NCBI GenBank assembly: GCA_963682135.1
Contig: OY821645.1
Span: forward strand, 1,504,001 to 1,568,000
Direction of reading: 5' to 3'
Source: Methanothrix sp.
Lineage (GTDB): Archaea; Halobacteriota; Methanosarcinia; Methanotrichales; Methanotrichaceae
Length of the DNA: 64,000 bases
This document shows positions 50,589-61,084 of this stretch, piece by piece. A program made the translations under genes and the position numbers. The notes beneath the pieces are model-generated. The model had not been told where the DNA came from and did not search any database. It was given only the letters and a program-made list of their open reading frames with translations. The number at the start of each line of letters is the position of its first letter. The stretch's first letter is position 1.

Positions 50589-50654
50589 AAAACACGCTCA
50601 CTTTTGGCTATGGTATGTCTATCTTAATATATCCGAACTTGCCCTATTTTTAGT

Positions 50655-51425
50655 ATGCGAGCTGCCTGCCTTCAGCTACAGGTTGAGCCCTGTAAAACCG
50701 AAGAGAACCTCTTTCGAGCATTGCAGATGGCAGGCTCTGCCCTGGCTGAAGGAGCCGAGATCCTGGTATTTCCTGAGCTCTTCCTGACCGGCTTTTGCTA
50801 CGAGCCATCTTTGCAGTCCACTTCCTCGGCACAAGATCTGCCGCCCTATCCTTCGCTTGATTCCTTCCAGGCGCTGGCCGAGGAGCACGACTGCCTGATC
50901 ATGGGCTCGCTGCGCAGCGGTCGCCAGAACCTGGGATTTTGTCTCGACCGGAGCGGCCTGCAGCTTCGCTCCAAGATCCATCCCTTTGGTGAGGAGAAGG
51001 AACACTTCGATGGCGGCGGCGCCATATCGCCGATAGATACAAGGTGGGGCCAAGTAGGCCTGCAGATCTGCTACGACCTGCGCTTTCCAGAGGTGGCGCG
51101 CTCTCTTGCCCTGCAGGACGCAGATTACTTGGTCAGCGTGGCCCAGTTTCCCGCCCTGCGTCGCGAGCAGTGGCGCACGCTGGCCATGGCCCGGGCCATA
51201 GAGAATCAGATGCCTCATCTGGCCTGCAACTGGGCCTCTGGCGGCGGATCATTGATTATCGATGCCCGTGGGCGGGTCTTGGCCGAAGCCGGCTTCGAGC
51301 AGACGGTCATTCTGGCCGATATAGACCTGGCTGATCGGGATCTATTCCGTCGCGAGGTCTCTTGCTTTGCCGATCGTCAGCCAGAGGTCTACGGAAGGTG
51401 GGATACTGAACGCTCTAACCCATAA
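50655..51425 (+). CDS. Carbon-nitrogen hydrolase (nitrilase family)
   Basis: FPELF, KIH, ICYDLRFPE, RAIENQ. Confidence 0.9.
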   Translation: MRAACLQLQVEPCKTEENLFRALQMAGSALAEGAEILVFPELFLTGFCYEPSLQSTSSAQDLPPYPSLDSFQALAEEHDCLIMGSLRSGRQNLGFCLDRSGLQLRSKIHPFGEEKEHFDGGGAISPIDTRWGQVGLQICYDLRFPEVARSLALQDADYLVSVAQFPALRREQWRTLAMARAIENQMPHLACNWASGGGSLIIDARGRVLAEAGFEQTVILADIDLADRDLFRREVSCFADRQPEVYGRWDTERSNP

Positions 51426-52611
51426 TTTCCTGGTCTCCAAGTTCCGGGGCTATTACCTTGAATCCTCCCTGGATGCTCCGCCCAGCCTCGCCTCTCGCGA
51501 GTGGGGCTTTCTCTTCTTCGACGACTCAGGTATGCGCCGGCACAAATCATTCTTCTCGCAGGGTGAGCTTATCGATTATGTGCGGGCCATGGTGCCGCGC
51601 CACGTCTATCACTCCGCAGCCTACTACCAGCGGCCCGGTGCTCCCACCATGAAAGAGAAGCTCTGGCAGGGTGCGGACCTCATCTTCGACCTGGATGCCG
51701 ATCACCTGAGAAATGCACCCAAGAGCTACAGCGAGATGCTGGACCTCGTAAAGAAGGAGACGCAAAAGCTGCTGGGATTTCTTACAGCTGATTTTGGCTT
51801 TAGCGAGAGCAGAATGAGTGTGGTCTTTTCCGGAGGCCGAGGCTATCATATTCACGTTCGAGACCCGCGTATCTTCGGCTTGGGCGGCGATGAGCGGCGG
51901 GAGATCGTGGATTACCTGGCAGGCCGGGGCCTGGCCATGGATCGGTTCATTCACATGTCCCCTATGGAAGGCGACTGGGGGAAAGACCGGGCTTTTCGGC
52001 TGCGTGCGCCCCCTGCGGGTGCTTCAGGCTGGGGGGGCAGGATCAATCGAGCCATCATCTCCTTTGTAGAAGATCTGCGCCGTCTAAACGAGACAGAGGC
52101 TATAGCTCTTCTCTCTAAACGCAAAGGGATCGGACCCAAAAAAGCTGCCAGCTTTTATCGGAGCCTGCAGGGTTCAAATGTTCTGGCTGAGATTGCCGGG
52201 GGAAATCTGGACCTCTTTCGAGGAAGCGCTTCAATCTGGAAGCTTCTTCTGGTGGAGTTCTTGGATAGCGAGGGCGTGAAGGTGGGCTTCAATTTAGATG
52301 AGGAGCGAGGCGAGACGGACGAGCCTGTGACAGCCGACGTGCGTCGGCTGATTCGCTGTCCAGGCAGCCTGCACGGCGGCTCGGGAATGCGCGTGACCCC
52401 ACTCACCCTGCGCGACCTGGAGGACTTCGATCCTCTGCAAGATGCCGTGGTCTTCGGGGAGGAGGCCGTGCCAATACAGATTTTAAAACCCTTCAAGACG
52501 GTGATGATGGGCGAAAGCTTCCATCTGGAGGAGGGGCCAACGGAGCTGCCGGCCTATGTCGCCGTCTTTCTCATGTGCCGGGGAGTAGCGGAAGCTCGCA
52601 CAAAGCATTAA
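51367..52611 (+). CDS. priS: DNA primase catalytic subunit (true start probably near 51406)
   Basis: REWG, RHKSF, LIFDLDAD, SGGRGYH, DEPVT.D..RLIR.PGSLH. Confidence 0.95.
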   Translation: MPIVSQRSTEGGILNALTHNFLVSKFRGYYLESSLDAPPSLASREWGFLFFDDSGMRRHKSFFSQGELIDYVRAMVPRHVYHSAAYYQRPGAPTMKEKLWQGADLIFDLDADHLRNAPKSYSEMLDLVKKETQKLLGFLTADFGFSESRMSVVFSGGRGYHIHVRDPRIFGLGGDERREIVDYLAGRGLAMDRFIHMSPMEGDWGKDRAFRLRAPPAGASGWGGRINRAIISFVEDLRRLNETEAIALLSKRKGIGPKKAASFYRSLQGSNVLAEIAGGNLDLFRGSASIWKLLLVEFLDSEGVKVGFNLDEERGETDEPVTADVRRLIRCPGSLHGGSGMRVTPLTLRDLEDFDPLQDAVVFGEEAVPIQILKPFKTVMMGESFHLEEGPTELPAYVAVFLMCRGVAEARTKH

Positions 52612-52669
52612 TCTATATATTATTTGGTCTCAGATAACAGTCCCGAACAGGGGCATGAAGGTGTAAGAA

Positions 52670-53236
52670 TTGGATCTGGCCAATGCGCTCCGAGAGGAAC
52701 GCAAATCCGCAGAGCTTCAGCATCTGGATAGGAACTTCTACCAGCAGGTGGGTGTTTATCTGGCAGGCCTGGGGCAGGAGCTCTCCAAGGTGGAAGACTC
52801 CTTTAGCGTAGAGGCTCAGATTCTGCAAGACACCCTCAAGAGCGAGAAGAACAGTGTTAACAAGCTCATTGACCAGAGGGTGAAAAAGATAGTCCGCAGA
52901 GCGCTACGCAGTGCCAGATCAGCTTCTCGAGAAGAGGCCCTCCCCGGCATGACTGAGGAGGAGGAAGAGATCTACCGGCAGATGCTCTCTGCCATAGCCT
53001 CTGGACGCGAGGCCATCCTAGCCCATGTAGCTCACACCGAAAGGCCTTTAATGGGCAAGAAAGATATACCTCGGGAATACGAAATTGTGCGGTTGCTGGA
53101 TAGTGTTCCTCTGTTCGTGGGAGTTGACGGGAGAAATTACCTTCTCGGGAAGGATGATGTGGCTGTGCTCCCGGCCGTTCACGCCAGAAATCTGCGCAAC
53201 AAAAAATTAGCTTCTGAAGTGAAGATTGAGAGATGA
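52670..53236 (+). CDS. GINS complex subunit
   Basis: Position after priS; ERKSAELQHL..NFY, RVKKIV, FVGVDGRNY.LGKDDV..LP. Confidence 0.8.
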   Translation: MDLANALREERKSAELQHLDRNFYQQVGVYLAGLGQELSKVEDSFSVEAQILQDTLKSEKNSVNKLIDQRVKKIVRRALRSARSASREEALPGMTEEEEEIYRQMLSAIASGREAILAHVAHTERPLMGKKDIPREYEIVRLLDSVPLFVGVDGRNYLLGKDDVAVLPAVHARNLRNKKLASEVKIER

Positions 53237-53242
53237 TGTGTT

Positions 53243-53524
53243 GTGAAGATGCCAAAAAAGCTTAACGCTTACTGTCCGTTCTGTAAAAAGCATACCCCCC
53301 AAACGGTGGAGAGGGTGAGAAAAGGCCGCGCTTCCTCGATGACTCATATCACGAGGCAGAAGGCGCGGGCCAATGGAATAGGAAATCAGGGCAAGTTCTC
53401 CAAAGTGCCGGGCGGCGACAAGCCCGTCAAGAGGCTGAACCTGCGCTACCGATGCAACACCTGCAAGAAGGCCCATAACCGTCCGGGCTTCAGGGCAGGC
53501 AAGTTCGATCTGGTGGAGGGATAA
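53243..53524 (+). CDS. rpl44e: 50S ribosomal protein L44e
   Basis: YCPFCKKHT...[12 protein letters not shown]...[11 protein letters not shown]. Confidence 0.97.
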   Translation: MKMPKKLNAYCPFCKKHTPQTVERVRKGRASSMTHITRQKARANGIGNQGKFSKVPGGDKPVKRLNLRYRCNTCKKAHNRPGFRAGKFDLVEG

Positions 53525-53526
53525 AT

Positions 53527-53694
53527 TTGCCATCCAAGTTCGTCAAGGTAAAGTGCAACGACTGCGAGAATGAGCAGGTAATATTCGCCCATGCCTCTAC
53601 GGTTGTCAAATGTCTGGTCTGTGGGCGTACTTTAGCTGAGCCCACTGGCGGCAAGGCTGAGATCAAGACTACCGTTGTAGAAGTCTTAGAGTGA
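53527..53694 (+). CDS. rps27e: 30S ribosomal protein S27e (missed by the ORF track)
   Basis: TTG start; [45 protein letters not shown]. Confidence 0.95.
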   Translation: MPSKFVKVKCNDCENEQVIFAHASTVVKCLVCGRTLAEPTGGKAEIKTTVVEVLE

Positions 53695-53700
53695 TCAATA

Positions 53701-54474
53701 ATGCAACGTGAGGGCTGGCCAGAGGTCGGATCTCTAGTCGTCTGCACCGTGACTCAGGTAGTGGACTTCGGAGCTTTCGTCTCCATGGACGAGTATTCCG
53801 GTAAGCAGGGCCTGATTCATATCTCGGAGGTGGCCAGCGGATGGATCAAGTACATTCGCGACCACGTGCGAGAGGGGCAGAAGATCGTCTGCAAGGTATT
53901 GAATGTAGACACGTCCAGGCATCACATCGATCTTTCTCTAAAAGATGTCAATGAACATCAGCGTCGCGAGAAGATTCAGGAGTGGAAGGCAGACCAGAAA
54001 GCCTGGAAATGGTTGGAGATGGCTTACAAGGATCGGCCCGAGGACGTTAAGCGTGTCGCTGATGTTCTGGTGGCAGCGTACGACAGCCTCTACCTGGCCA
54101 TGGAGGAGGCGGCGATCAGTGGAGTCGATGCCCTGAAGGAAGTCGATCTGACGCAAGAAGATCTGAAGATGCTGGAGAGCCTCTCCAAGGATAATGTCAA
54201 GATACCCTCCGTTGATATCAGCGGTTATGTGGATATCACCTCTCCTGCTCCGGACGGCGTGGAGGTCATCAGGAAGGCCCTCAAGCAGGTCAAGCGCATA
54301 AAAGACAAAGATGCTACGCTCTTCATCACCTATATTGGAGCGCCGCGCTATAGAATTCATGTAACTGCGCCGGACTACAAGCATGCTGAGTCTGTTCTCA
54401 AGAAGTCTGCTCAGGCTGTGGTGAAATATATAGAACAGCACGGCGGAGAAGGCACTTTCCTTAGAGAGGCATGA
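53701..54474 (+). CDS. eif2a: Translation initiation factor aIF2 alpha
   Basis: WPEVG.LV.CTV, GLIHISEVASGWIK, IDLSLK, GAPRY. Confidence 0.97.
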   Translation: MQREGWPEVGSLVVCTVTQVVDFGAFVSMDEYSGKQGLIHISEVASGWIKYIRDHVREGQKIVCKVLNVDTSRHHIDLSLKDVNEHQRREKIQEWKADQKAWKWLEMAYKDRPEDVKRVADVLVAAYDSLYLAMEEAAISGVDALKEVDLTQEDLKMLESLSKDNVKIPSVDISGYVDITSPAPDGVEVIRKALKQVKRIKDKDATLFITYIGAPRYRIHVTAPDYKHAESVLKKSAQAVVKYIEQHGGEGTFLREA

Positions 54475-54632
54475 GATCCAAAATCCTGAGGTGTACGGCT
54501 TGCCACCGCTACACCCTTAAGGATATCTGCTGCGTTTGTGGGGGCCATACTGCTATTACTAAGCCCGCCAGATTCTCTCCCGATGACCCTTACGGTAAGT
54601 ATCGGAGAGCTCTCGGCCAGGAGGCAAAATGA
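54471..54632 (+). CDS. nop10: H/ACA RNP protein Nop10 (missed by the ORF track)
   Basis: MRSKILRCTACHRYTLKDICCVCGGHTAITKPARFSPDDPYGKYRR. Confidence 0.95.
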   Translation: MRSKILRCTACHRYTLKDICCVCGGHTAITKPARFSPDDPYGKYRRALGQEAK

Positions 54633-55399
54633 AGGAGACCCTGGTTTCCCGTATCAAAGAAGTAACCCTTAAGGACCCAATTCTGATAGAAGGTCTGCCG
54701 GGCGTGGGCCACGTGGGAAAGCTGGTAGCCGATCACATGGTGGAAGAGCTGAAAGCCGAGAAGATCATCGAAATCTACTCGCCTCATTTTCCGCCCCAGG
54801 TGATGGTAAAAGCAGACGGCACCATCAAGCAAGTCCGAAATGAGATTTATGCCTATCATGGCAAGGACGACGAGCCGGATCTGCTCATTCTCATTGGCGA
54901 CTATCAGAGTGCCACCAACGAGGGGCACTACGAGCTTTGCGACATCTTCCTGGACATTGCCCAGAGCTTTCATGTAAAGAGAATCTATGCACTGGGTGGT
55001 TACGGTACAGGCCAGTTCGTGGACAAGCCCACGGTCATGGGGGCAGCCACAAGTATCGAGCTTGTGGAAGAGATGAAACAAAAAGAGGTCATCTTTCACG
55101 AGAATGAGCCCGGCGGGGGCATAATCGGTGTATCGGGACTGCTCTTGGGCATGGGTGCCTTGCGGGGTATCGATGTCGTCTGTCTTATGGGGGTAACCTC
55201 CGGCTATCTGGTCGATCCCAAAGCCGCTTCCGAGGTTCTGCGCATTCTCTCCGGCATTCTGGGTATTGTTGTGGGTATGCAGGCTCTGGAAGAGAGGGCC
55301 AAGGAGATGGAGAAGATCATAGGCAAGCTGCAGGAGATGGAGCGGGCCCAGGCTCCTTATGAGGCGATAGGGGATGAAGATCTCAGATACATCGGATAG
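54629..55399 (+). CDS. PAC2-family proteasome assembly chaperone
   Basis: IEGLPGVGHVGKL, FPPQV, GYLVDP, C-terminal YIG. Confidence 0.9.
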   Translation: MKETLVSRIKEVTLKDPILIEGLPGVGHVGKLVADHMVEELKAEKIIEIYSPHFPPQVMVKADGTIKQVRNEIYAYHGKDDEPDLLILIGDYQSATNEGHYELCDIFLDIAQSFHVKRIYALGGYGTGQFVDKPTVMGAATSIELVEEMKQKEVIFHENEPGGGIIGVSGLLLGMGALRGIDVVCLMGVTSGYLVDPKAASEVLRILSGILGIVVGMQALEERAKEMEKIIGKLQEMERAQAPYEAIGDEDLRYIG

Positions 55400-56717
55400 T
55401 GTCGATGCTCTCCTGGATTATGGACATAAGCTCATCTCCCTAGCTTTGCGGGAAGGCGCAGAGCAGGCGGAAGTCTACGGCATGATTGGCCGCTCTGTGG
55501 ACATTGATCTGCGCAGGGATGCTGTGGAGCTGGCCAGCGAGAGCTTTCATCGCGGCCTGGGGCTTCGGGCGGTAATCGCAGGCGGTGTGGGCTTTTCCAG
55601 TACCAGCGACATGTCGCTATTGCAGTATGTGGCCAATAGCGCTGTTCTATCCGCTCGGGCCAGAGGCAGGGATGAATCCTGGCGTTCTCTTCCACAGCCT
55701 GGAAAGGTGGTGCATCCGGAGGGCATCTTCGATTTTCGTTTGCAGGAAATCGGCCCTGAGGAATGCCTTGACGCAGCAAAAAGCATGCTTTCCGGCTGCA
55801 TGACTGTCAAGGAAGCTGAGCCTGTAGCCGGTAGTGTGGCCTGCGTTTGCGGCACACATTTTGTTATAAACTCTCTGGGAATGAGGCTCCTGGAGGACTC
55901 TACTCACATGCATGCCTCTCTGGAGACCATTGCCCGAGGTGCAGATGTGGCTACAGGGAGCGATTTTTTTATCTCTCGATCCTACCGGCCATCGCTAGAG
56001 GACGTCGGCCGCTCCGCAGCACAGCAGGCTCGATCTTCTCTGGGCGGGGTCAAGGCCGAGAGCGGAACCTTTGATGTGCTCTTAAAGCCTCTGGCGATAG
56101 CCGAGCTGCTCGATTATACCTTGCTGCCCGCAATTACTGCCGACAATGTGCAAAAGGGCCGGTCGTCTCTTAGAGGCAGGGTGGGCGAGAAGATCTCAGC
56201 CGAAAGCCTCGTGATCACCGATGACGGACTTCTCCCCGGGGGATTAGATTCCTCGGCCTTTGATGGCGAAGGTGTGCCGTCTCAAAGGACGATCCTGATT
56301 GATGAGGGCATTTTAAAGGGCTATCTTTATGACAGCTACACAGCTGGAAAAGATGGCCTCGCGTCCACAGGCAATGCCGTGCGCTCCGGCTACACAGGCC
56401 TTCCCGGTGTAGGAATTCGAAATCTCATTGTCAGCTCCAGAGAGCCCCAGGATCTTCTGGAGGAGACAAAAGGCCTTCTGGTGGGCGGTCTCATTGGGGC
56501 TCATACTGCTAATCCTATCTCCGGCGACTTCTCAGTGGAGGCAAAAAATGCCTTCCTGATTGGCCCTGGTGAAGTGGGAAGACCAATTAGCTCTTTGATG
56601 CTGGCCGGAAATTTCTTCGAGCTCTTAAAGGATATCGAGGTTGGCAGAGATGTGCGGGCCGTGGGGGCAATAGTTACACCCACTGTGAAGGTCAGAATGA
56701 AAGTAGTAGGAAGCTAA
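55374..56717 (+). CDS. TldD/PmbA family protein
   Basis: GLGLR, FDGEGVP, GILKGYL, STGNA, SGDFS. Confidence 0.9.
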   Translation: MKISDTSDSVDALLDYGHKLISLALREGAEQAEVYGMIGRSVDIDLRRDAVELASESFHRGLGLRAVIAGGVGFSSTSDMSLLQYVANSAVLSARARGRDESWRSLPQPGKVVHPEGIFDFRLQEIGPEECLDAAKSMLSGCMTVKEAEPVAGSVACVCGTHFVINSLGMRLLEDSTHMHASLETIARGADVATGSDFFISRSYRPSLEDVGRSAAQQARSSLGGVKAESGTFDVLLKPLAIAELLDYTLLPAITADNVQKGRSSLRGRVGEKISAESLVITDDGLLPGGLDSSAFDGEGVPSQRTILIDEGILKGYLYDSYTAGKDGLASTGNAVRSGYTGLPGVGIRNLIVSSREPQDLLEETKGLLVGGLIGAHTANPISGDFSVEAKNAFLIGPGEVGRPISSLMLAGNFFELLKDIEVGRDVRAVGAIVTPTVKVRMKVVGS

Positions 56718-56727
56718 AGGTGATTTT

Positions 56728-57582
56728 TTGATGATTATTGGAGGGCCTGCCTCCCAGCTTCTCGCTGGCCGGGTAGCTACAATCTTAAATGAAACGCTTG
56801 CTCTTTGTGATTACAAGACATTTCCCGATGGCGAGTCGTACACGCAAATTGTAACGCCTCTTGATGATGAGATCGTAATAATCCAGTCGACACCTACAGA
56901 TCAGGACCTGGTCTATCTCTTGCAGCTCCTGGATGTCTGCCGGGATCGACATGTCTCTCTGGTCATACCTTACTTTGGATATGCCCGCCAGGATAAGATC
57001 TTCAAGCCGGGTGAGCCCATTACTGCCAGGGCGCTGGCTACGGCCTTGAATCCATTCTTGCAGAACGGTCGCGTCCATCTGGTAAACATTCATGCTCCTT
57101 CCATTATGGCACATTTCCAGTGCCACATCGAGAATTTGGATGCGACAGCTCTCTTAGCGGAGCGGATCGGCAGCATGGGGCTCGCAGACACTGTGGTCAT
57201 CTCTCCAGATAAAGGTGCGATGGCCATGGCCCGCACGGCGGCTGACTGCCTGGGCTGCGAGTGCGACTTTTTGCAAAAGACCCGTCTATCGGGGACGGAG
57301 GTCTCCATGGCCCCCAAAGAGGTGGCGGTGAAAGGCAGAGATGTGGTCATCTTCGATGATATGATCGCCACGGGCGGCACCATGGCTACGGCTATAGCGC
57401 TACTGCGCCAGCAGGGTGCCAGTCGTGTCTATCTGGCGGCGGTGCATCCCGTCCTCACCGGATCGGCAATTCTCAAGCTCTATCGCTCCGGAGTGGAGGC
57501 GGTGCTGGCCACGGACACCCTGGACAAGGGCGTGAGCACCGTATCGGTGGCGCCACTGATTGCCAGAGCGCTTAGGGCCTAG
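56728..57582 (+). CDS. prs: Ribose-phosphate pyrophosphokinase
   Basis: FPDGE, PYFGYARQD, SPDKG, DDMIATGGT. Confidence 0.95.
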   Translation: MMIIGGPASQLLAGRVATILNETLALCDYKTFPDGESYTQIVTPLDDEIVIIQSTPTDQDLVYLLQLLDVCRDRHVSLVIPYFGYARQDKIFKPGEPITARALATALNPFLQNGRVHLVNIHAPSIMAHFQCHIENLDATALLAERIGSMGLADTVVISPDKGAMAMARTAADCLGCECDFLQKTRLSGTEVSMAPKEVAVKGRDVVIFDDMIATGGTMATAIALLRQQGASRVYLAAVHPVLTGSAILKLYRSGVEAVLATDTLDKGVSTVSVAPLIARALRA

Positions 57583-57600
57583 AAAAAACATAACGGGAAT

Positions 57601-57642
57601 CTTGCGCCTTCGCGTGAACGGGGGCCTTGCGCGAAGGCTAAG
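57601..57642. repeat. REP-like palindrome downstream of prs
   Basis: cttgcgccttcgcgtgaa...ttgcgcgaaggctaag; same core as 44960-45013. Confidence 0.6.
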
Positions 57643-57801
57643 AAAGGGTGGGCGAGAGGAAACATGGCCTCAATTATCGCTTTTTTTAAAAGCTCGCCGG
57701 AGGCTTGCCAAGAGCCAAAAAGAGCTGGATTATATGAGGGCAATATACCGAAATGCTATATATTATGGGCGCAACTTCATTAGAAAAAAGAGGAACCTTT
57801 T

Positions 57802-58524
57802 ATGAGATTAATAAATTCTGGATCACTGATATTTTTGGCTGTACTGCTTGCCGTGTCCCTGGCGGGCCCGGTTCTTGCCGGCGAGGCCAATGCAGACGAT
57901 AACACGGGCATGATGTACGGCCTGGTTCTCGGCAACAGGATACCCTATGAGTACTTCGTCACCATGGGCCATAACGACACCGATTTAGGCCCAGGTGATG
58001 ATCCATGGGAGACGGGGTCTTACGATCTGGCTCTGATGGACGCCAGCATTGAGAACTTCAATGTGCTGAAGTACACCTCGGTGCTCCCCCCCGAATCAAA
58101 AGAGATCAACCTGAGCGAGGCCAGGGAGTATTTCCACCATGGCGCTGCCATTGAAACCATTATGTCTGATCTCAATGGCGTGCAGGGCGATACCCTGTGC
58201 ACCGGAGTAGGCAGGATATGGGTAAATACCACGGATGGATCTCTGGTCGGTGGGTTTGCCGCTGAGTACAAGAAGAAATACAATCAGACCGTCGTGCCTG
58301 AAGAAGAAGCCAGATCGGCGGCAAAAGAGGCATTGCATACCTCCCTGATGGGTGAGGTGAACAGAAGGTACAATGCCAGTGAGTATCAATTCTCTGAGCC
58401 AACCTATGCCATCGACTATCTCCAGGTGCAAAAGAAGTATGGTACCTCTCTGGTGGCACTATGCTGGGTGAACTACATATTTCCCCAGACCGAGATTAGT
58501 GGTGATGCATCGACAGAAGAGTGA
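57802..58524 (+). CDS. Pyruvoyl-dependent arginine decarboxylase-like protein with N-terminal signal peptide
   Basis: GNRIP...SYDLAL..ASIENFNVLKYT-SVLP self-cleavage motif, HHGAA.E.IM, GGFAAEY, KKYGT. Confidence 0.8.
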   Translation: MRLINSGSLIFLAVLLAVSLAGPVLAGEANADDNTGMMYGLVLGNRIPYEYFVTMGHNDTDLGPGDDPWETGSYDLALMDASIENFNVLKYTSVLPPESKEINLSEAREYFHHGAAIETIMSDLNGVQGDTLCTGVGRIWVNTTDGSLVGGFAAEYKKKYNQTVVPEEEARSAAKEALHTSLMGEVNRRYNASEYQFSEPTYAIDYLQVQKKYGTSLVALCWVNYIFPQTEISGDASTEE

Positions 58525-58763
58525 CCGAGAAGGATGATCGGCTGAATGGGTTGAGGCTTCAAGTGTGTGCAACCTTCATGCTGATGACCCACTTTTTCAA
58601 AGTCCATTAGAAACGCAAAATTTTTCTATTTCCCTCATTTCCCTCTACTGAATAGTGCGATTGCTCTTGCAGCCATTAGAACGAAAACATGGCAGAAGTT
58701 ATTAATGTGCAGAAAATGAAAGTCATAATCTCATAATATTATAAATCATGGGAGCTAATAATA

Positions 58764-59852
58764 ATGTCCGGAAACACCTTTGGCACCATATTTCGCATCA
58801 CCACCTGGGGCGAGTCGCACGGCAGAGCAGTGGGCGTGGTCGTGGACGGCTGTCCGGCCGGATTGGCCCTGACCGCAGAGGATATTCAAAAGGAGCTGGA
58901 CCGGAGAAAGCCCGGCCAGAGCCGCGCCTCTACCGCTCGTAAGGAAGAGGACCGGGTGGAGATACTCTCCGGCATCTTCGAAGGCCGGACGACTGGTACG
59001 CCCATCTCTTTGCTCGTCTGGAACAAGGACGCCGACTCTTCGGCTTACGATCTTCTGCGCAATAAGCCCCGGCCTGGTCACGCCGACTATGCCTATCAGA
59101 TGAAATACGGCCTGCGTGATCATCGAGGTGGAGGCCGGGCCTCGGCTCGGGAGACGGTGGGCCGGGTCGCAGCCGGGGCTGTTGCCAAGAAGCTGCTGCA
59201 TGCCGCTGGCATCTTGGTCGTGGCCTATGTGACAGAGCTGGGCGGAATAAAGGCGGAGATCGCATCTTCAGATTTACTCCAGCTTCAGGCTAAGGCTGAG
59301 TCCAATGCGGTTCGCTGCCCTGACCCCGCTGCTGCGCAAAGGATGATGGGGCGGCTGGATGGCGTGCGCGCAGAGGGCGACAGCCTGGGTGGCGTAGTGC
59401 TAATAAACGCAACGGGCGTGCCTGTCGGCCTTGGCGAACCGGTCTTCGACAAGCTGGATGCAGACCTTGCTCGGGCGCTCATGAGCATTGGCGCAGTGAA
59501 AGCCGTAGAGATCGGCGCGGGCCGGGAGTGCGCCGGAATGAAGGGCAGCGAGATGAACGATCCGCTGCTACTGCGGGACGGCAAGGTCGATTTTGAGAGC
59601 AACAACGCGGGAGGCATCCTGGGGGGCATATCCACCGGGGCTCCCATAGTCTGCACAATCTCAGTCAAGCCGACGCCTTCCATCGCCAAACAGCAGAAAA
59701 CGGTTGATCTTGCCCAAGGCGAGGCGGCGGAGATTGCGATCAAAGGAAGGCATGACCCGGCAATCCCGCCCAGAATTGTTCCCGTGGCCGAGGCCATGGT
59801 GGCCCTGGTGCTGGCAGATCACCTGCTGCGCCAGAGGGCGGGGAGGCTGTAA
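58764..59852 (+). CDS. aroC: Chorismate synthase
   Basis: [46 protein letters not shown]. Confidence 0.97.
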   Translation: MSGNTFGTIFRITTWGESHGRAVGVVVDGCPAGLALTAEDIQKELDRRKPGQSRASTARKEEDRVEILSGIFEGRTTGTPISLLVWNKDADSSAYDLLRNKPRPGHADYAYQMKYGLRDHRGGGRASARETVGRVAAGAVAKKLLHAAGILVVAYVTELGGIKAEIASSDLLQLQAKAESNAVRCPDPAAAQRMMGRLDGVRAEGDSLGGVVLINATGVPVGLGEPVFDKLDADLARALMSIGAVKAVEIGAGRECAGMKGSEMNDPLLLRDGKVDFESNNAGGILGGISTGAPIVCTISVKPTPSIAKQQKTVDLAQGEAAEIAIKGRHDPAIPPRIVPVAEAMVALVLADHLLRQRAGRL

Positions 59853-60031
59853 TTCTTTTGGCTTCTTCGCGTGAGGTTCCTCATTAAATCTCAAGGAGCA
59901 TACCTTTCTAATCTCGGATCTAGCTCTATCATAGATGCTGATGTTGCTTAACTCATTGTCTACTATAGGGGTTCACTCCCACTTATCCCTTATAACAAAT
60001 TACATATATGTGTGGCATACATTAAGATTAT

Positions 60032-60868
60032 ATGTTCTCGCGGGGTCTGAGTTCCGTATTGCTCTTCCTTCTCGTAGGATCGGCGGCGGACTTAAACGTG
60101 CCTTTTATCTTAGAATTGAATGCCAACGGTTCACATAGTGTTTTAGCATCAGTGAACTCGACACTTGGAACTCAGATCATTCCAGAATATTCTGCTGATG
60201 TCACACACGCACGTTGTGGCCAAGTTCCAGAAATTGAGTATAACATAGTAAAGATAAAAGATCTCAAAGAAATGCTAAACACGAGGATAGAACCGGATAA
60301 TTCACTAATACATGATGAAGCACTTTTGATGGTGGCAAGATTATCAGGACCTGGAGATTCTAAAATTAATCAAATATGTTCAATTTATGAATATCTGAAA
60401 AATGGTAACCCGCCGGTAAAGGGTTGGATTTATATAAATGACCCGAGAGGCTTAGATTACCTCAATTATGCAAATGAATCCGTGAGGATAGGCGACAAAA
60501 CCGATTGTACCGGAGATGGTGATTGCGATGATTTTGCTGTTCTGATAGCTTCCCTCATGGAGTCTATCGGAATGACTACTCGAATTATTCTGGCTAATAA
60601 CAACAGCACAAGTGAACATATCTACGCAGAGGTCTATTTAGGAAATTTAAACTCTCAGGGAAGCCAGGTAAACGATGCTTTAGACTGGCTTAAGCAAAAA
60701 TACAGTACCAATAATATTTTCACGTATAATGATACGGATACTGGTGACGTCTGGCTGAACTTGGATTGGGGGCAGGATGAAAAGGGGAATGAACACCCAG
60801 GGGGGGCTTTTCGTCAAGCAGACGGAAAAATGGTCATCTGGACGAGTAAATATTCTCATCTGGGTTGA
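60032..60868 (+). CDS. Secreted transglutaminase-like domain protein (stand-alone)
   Basis: Signal peptide; QICSIYEY, GDCDDF, HIYAEVYLG, WLNLDW, HPGG. Confidence 0.85.
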   Translation: MFSRGLSSVLLFLLVGSAADLNVPFILELNANGSHSVLASVNSTLGTQIIPEYSADVTHARCGQVPEIEYNIVKIKDLKEMLNTRIEPDNSLIHDEALLMVARLSGPGDSKINQICSIYEYLKNGNPPVKGWIYINDPRGLDYLNYANESVRIGDKTDCTGDGDCDDFAVLIASLMESIGMTTRIILANNNSTSEHIYAEVYLGNLNSQGSQVNDALDWLKQKYSTNNIFTYNDTDTGDVWLNLDWGQDEKGNEHPGGAFRQADGKMVIWTSKYSHLG

Positions 60869-61084
60869 ACTATACGCCATTGATCTCATGGATGACGCAA
60901 ACGAAGTTGATTGCACTTGATTAGTGCTCCTTATTTGGCCCCTGAATTGACAGGTTTTCATTTTCAACAACTCAGATTGATAGAGCGCCTGCCAAAAATG
61001 AGGATATCATTGCATGAGGTGGCAATAGTTGCTGGGTGCGTGACCACCCAAAAGTTTTTCTATATAGTAAGATGTTGAACATAT

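Noticed and set aside
58530-58600. Fluoride riboswitch (gctgatgac motif)
   Set aside because: No convincing P1 stem and no fluoride-related gene downstream; it better fits a terminator-like stem plus T-run after the decarboxylase gene
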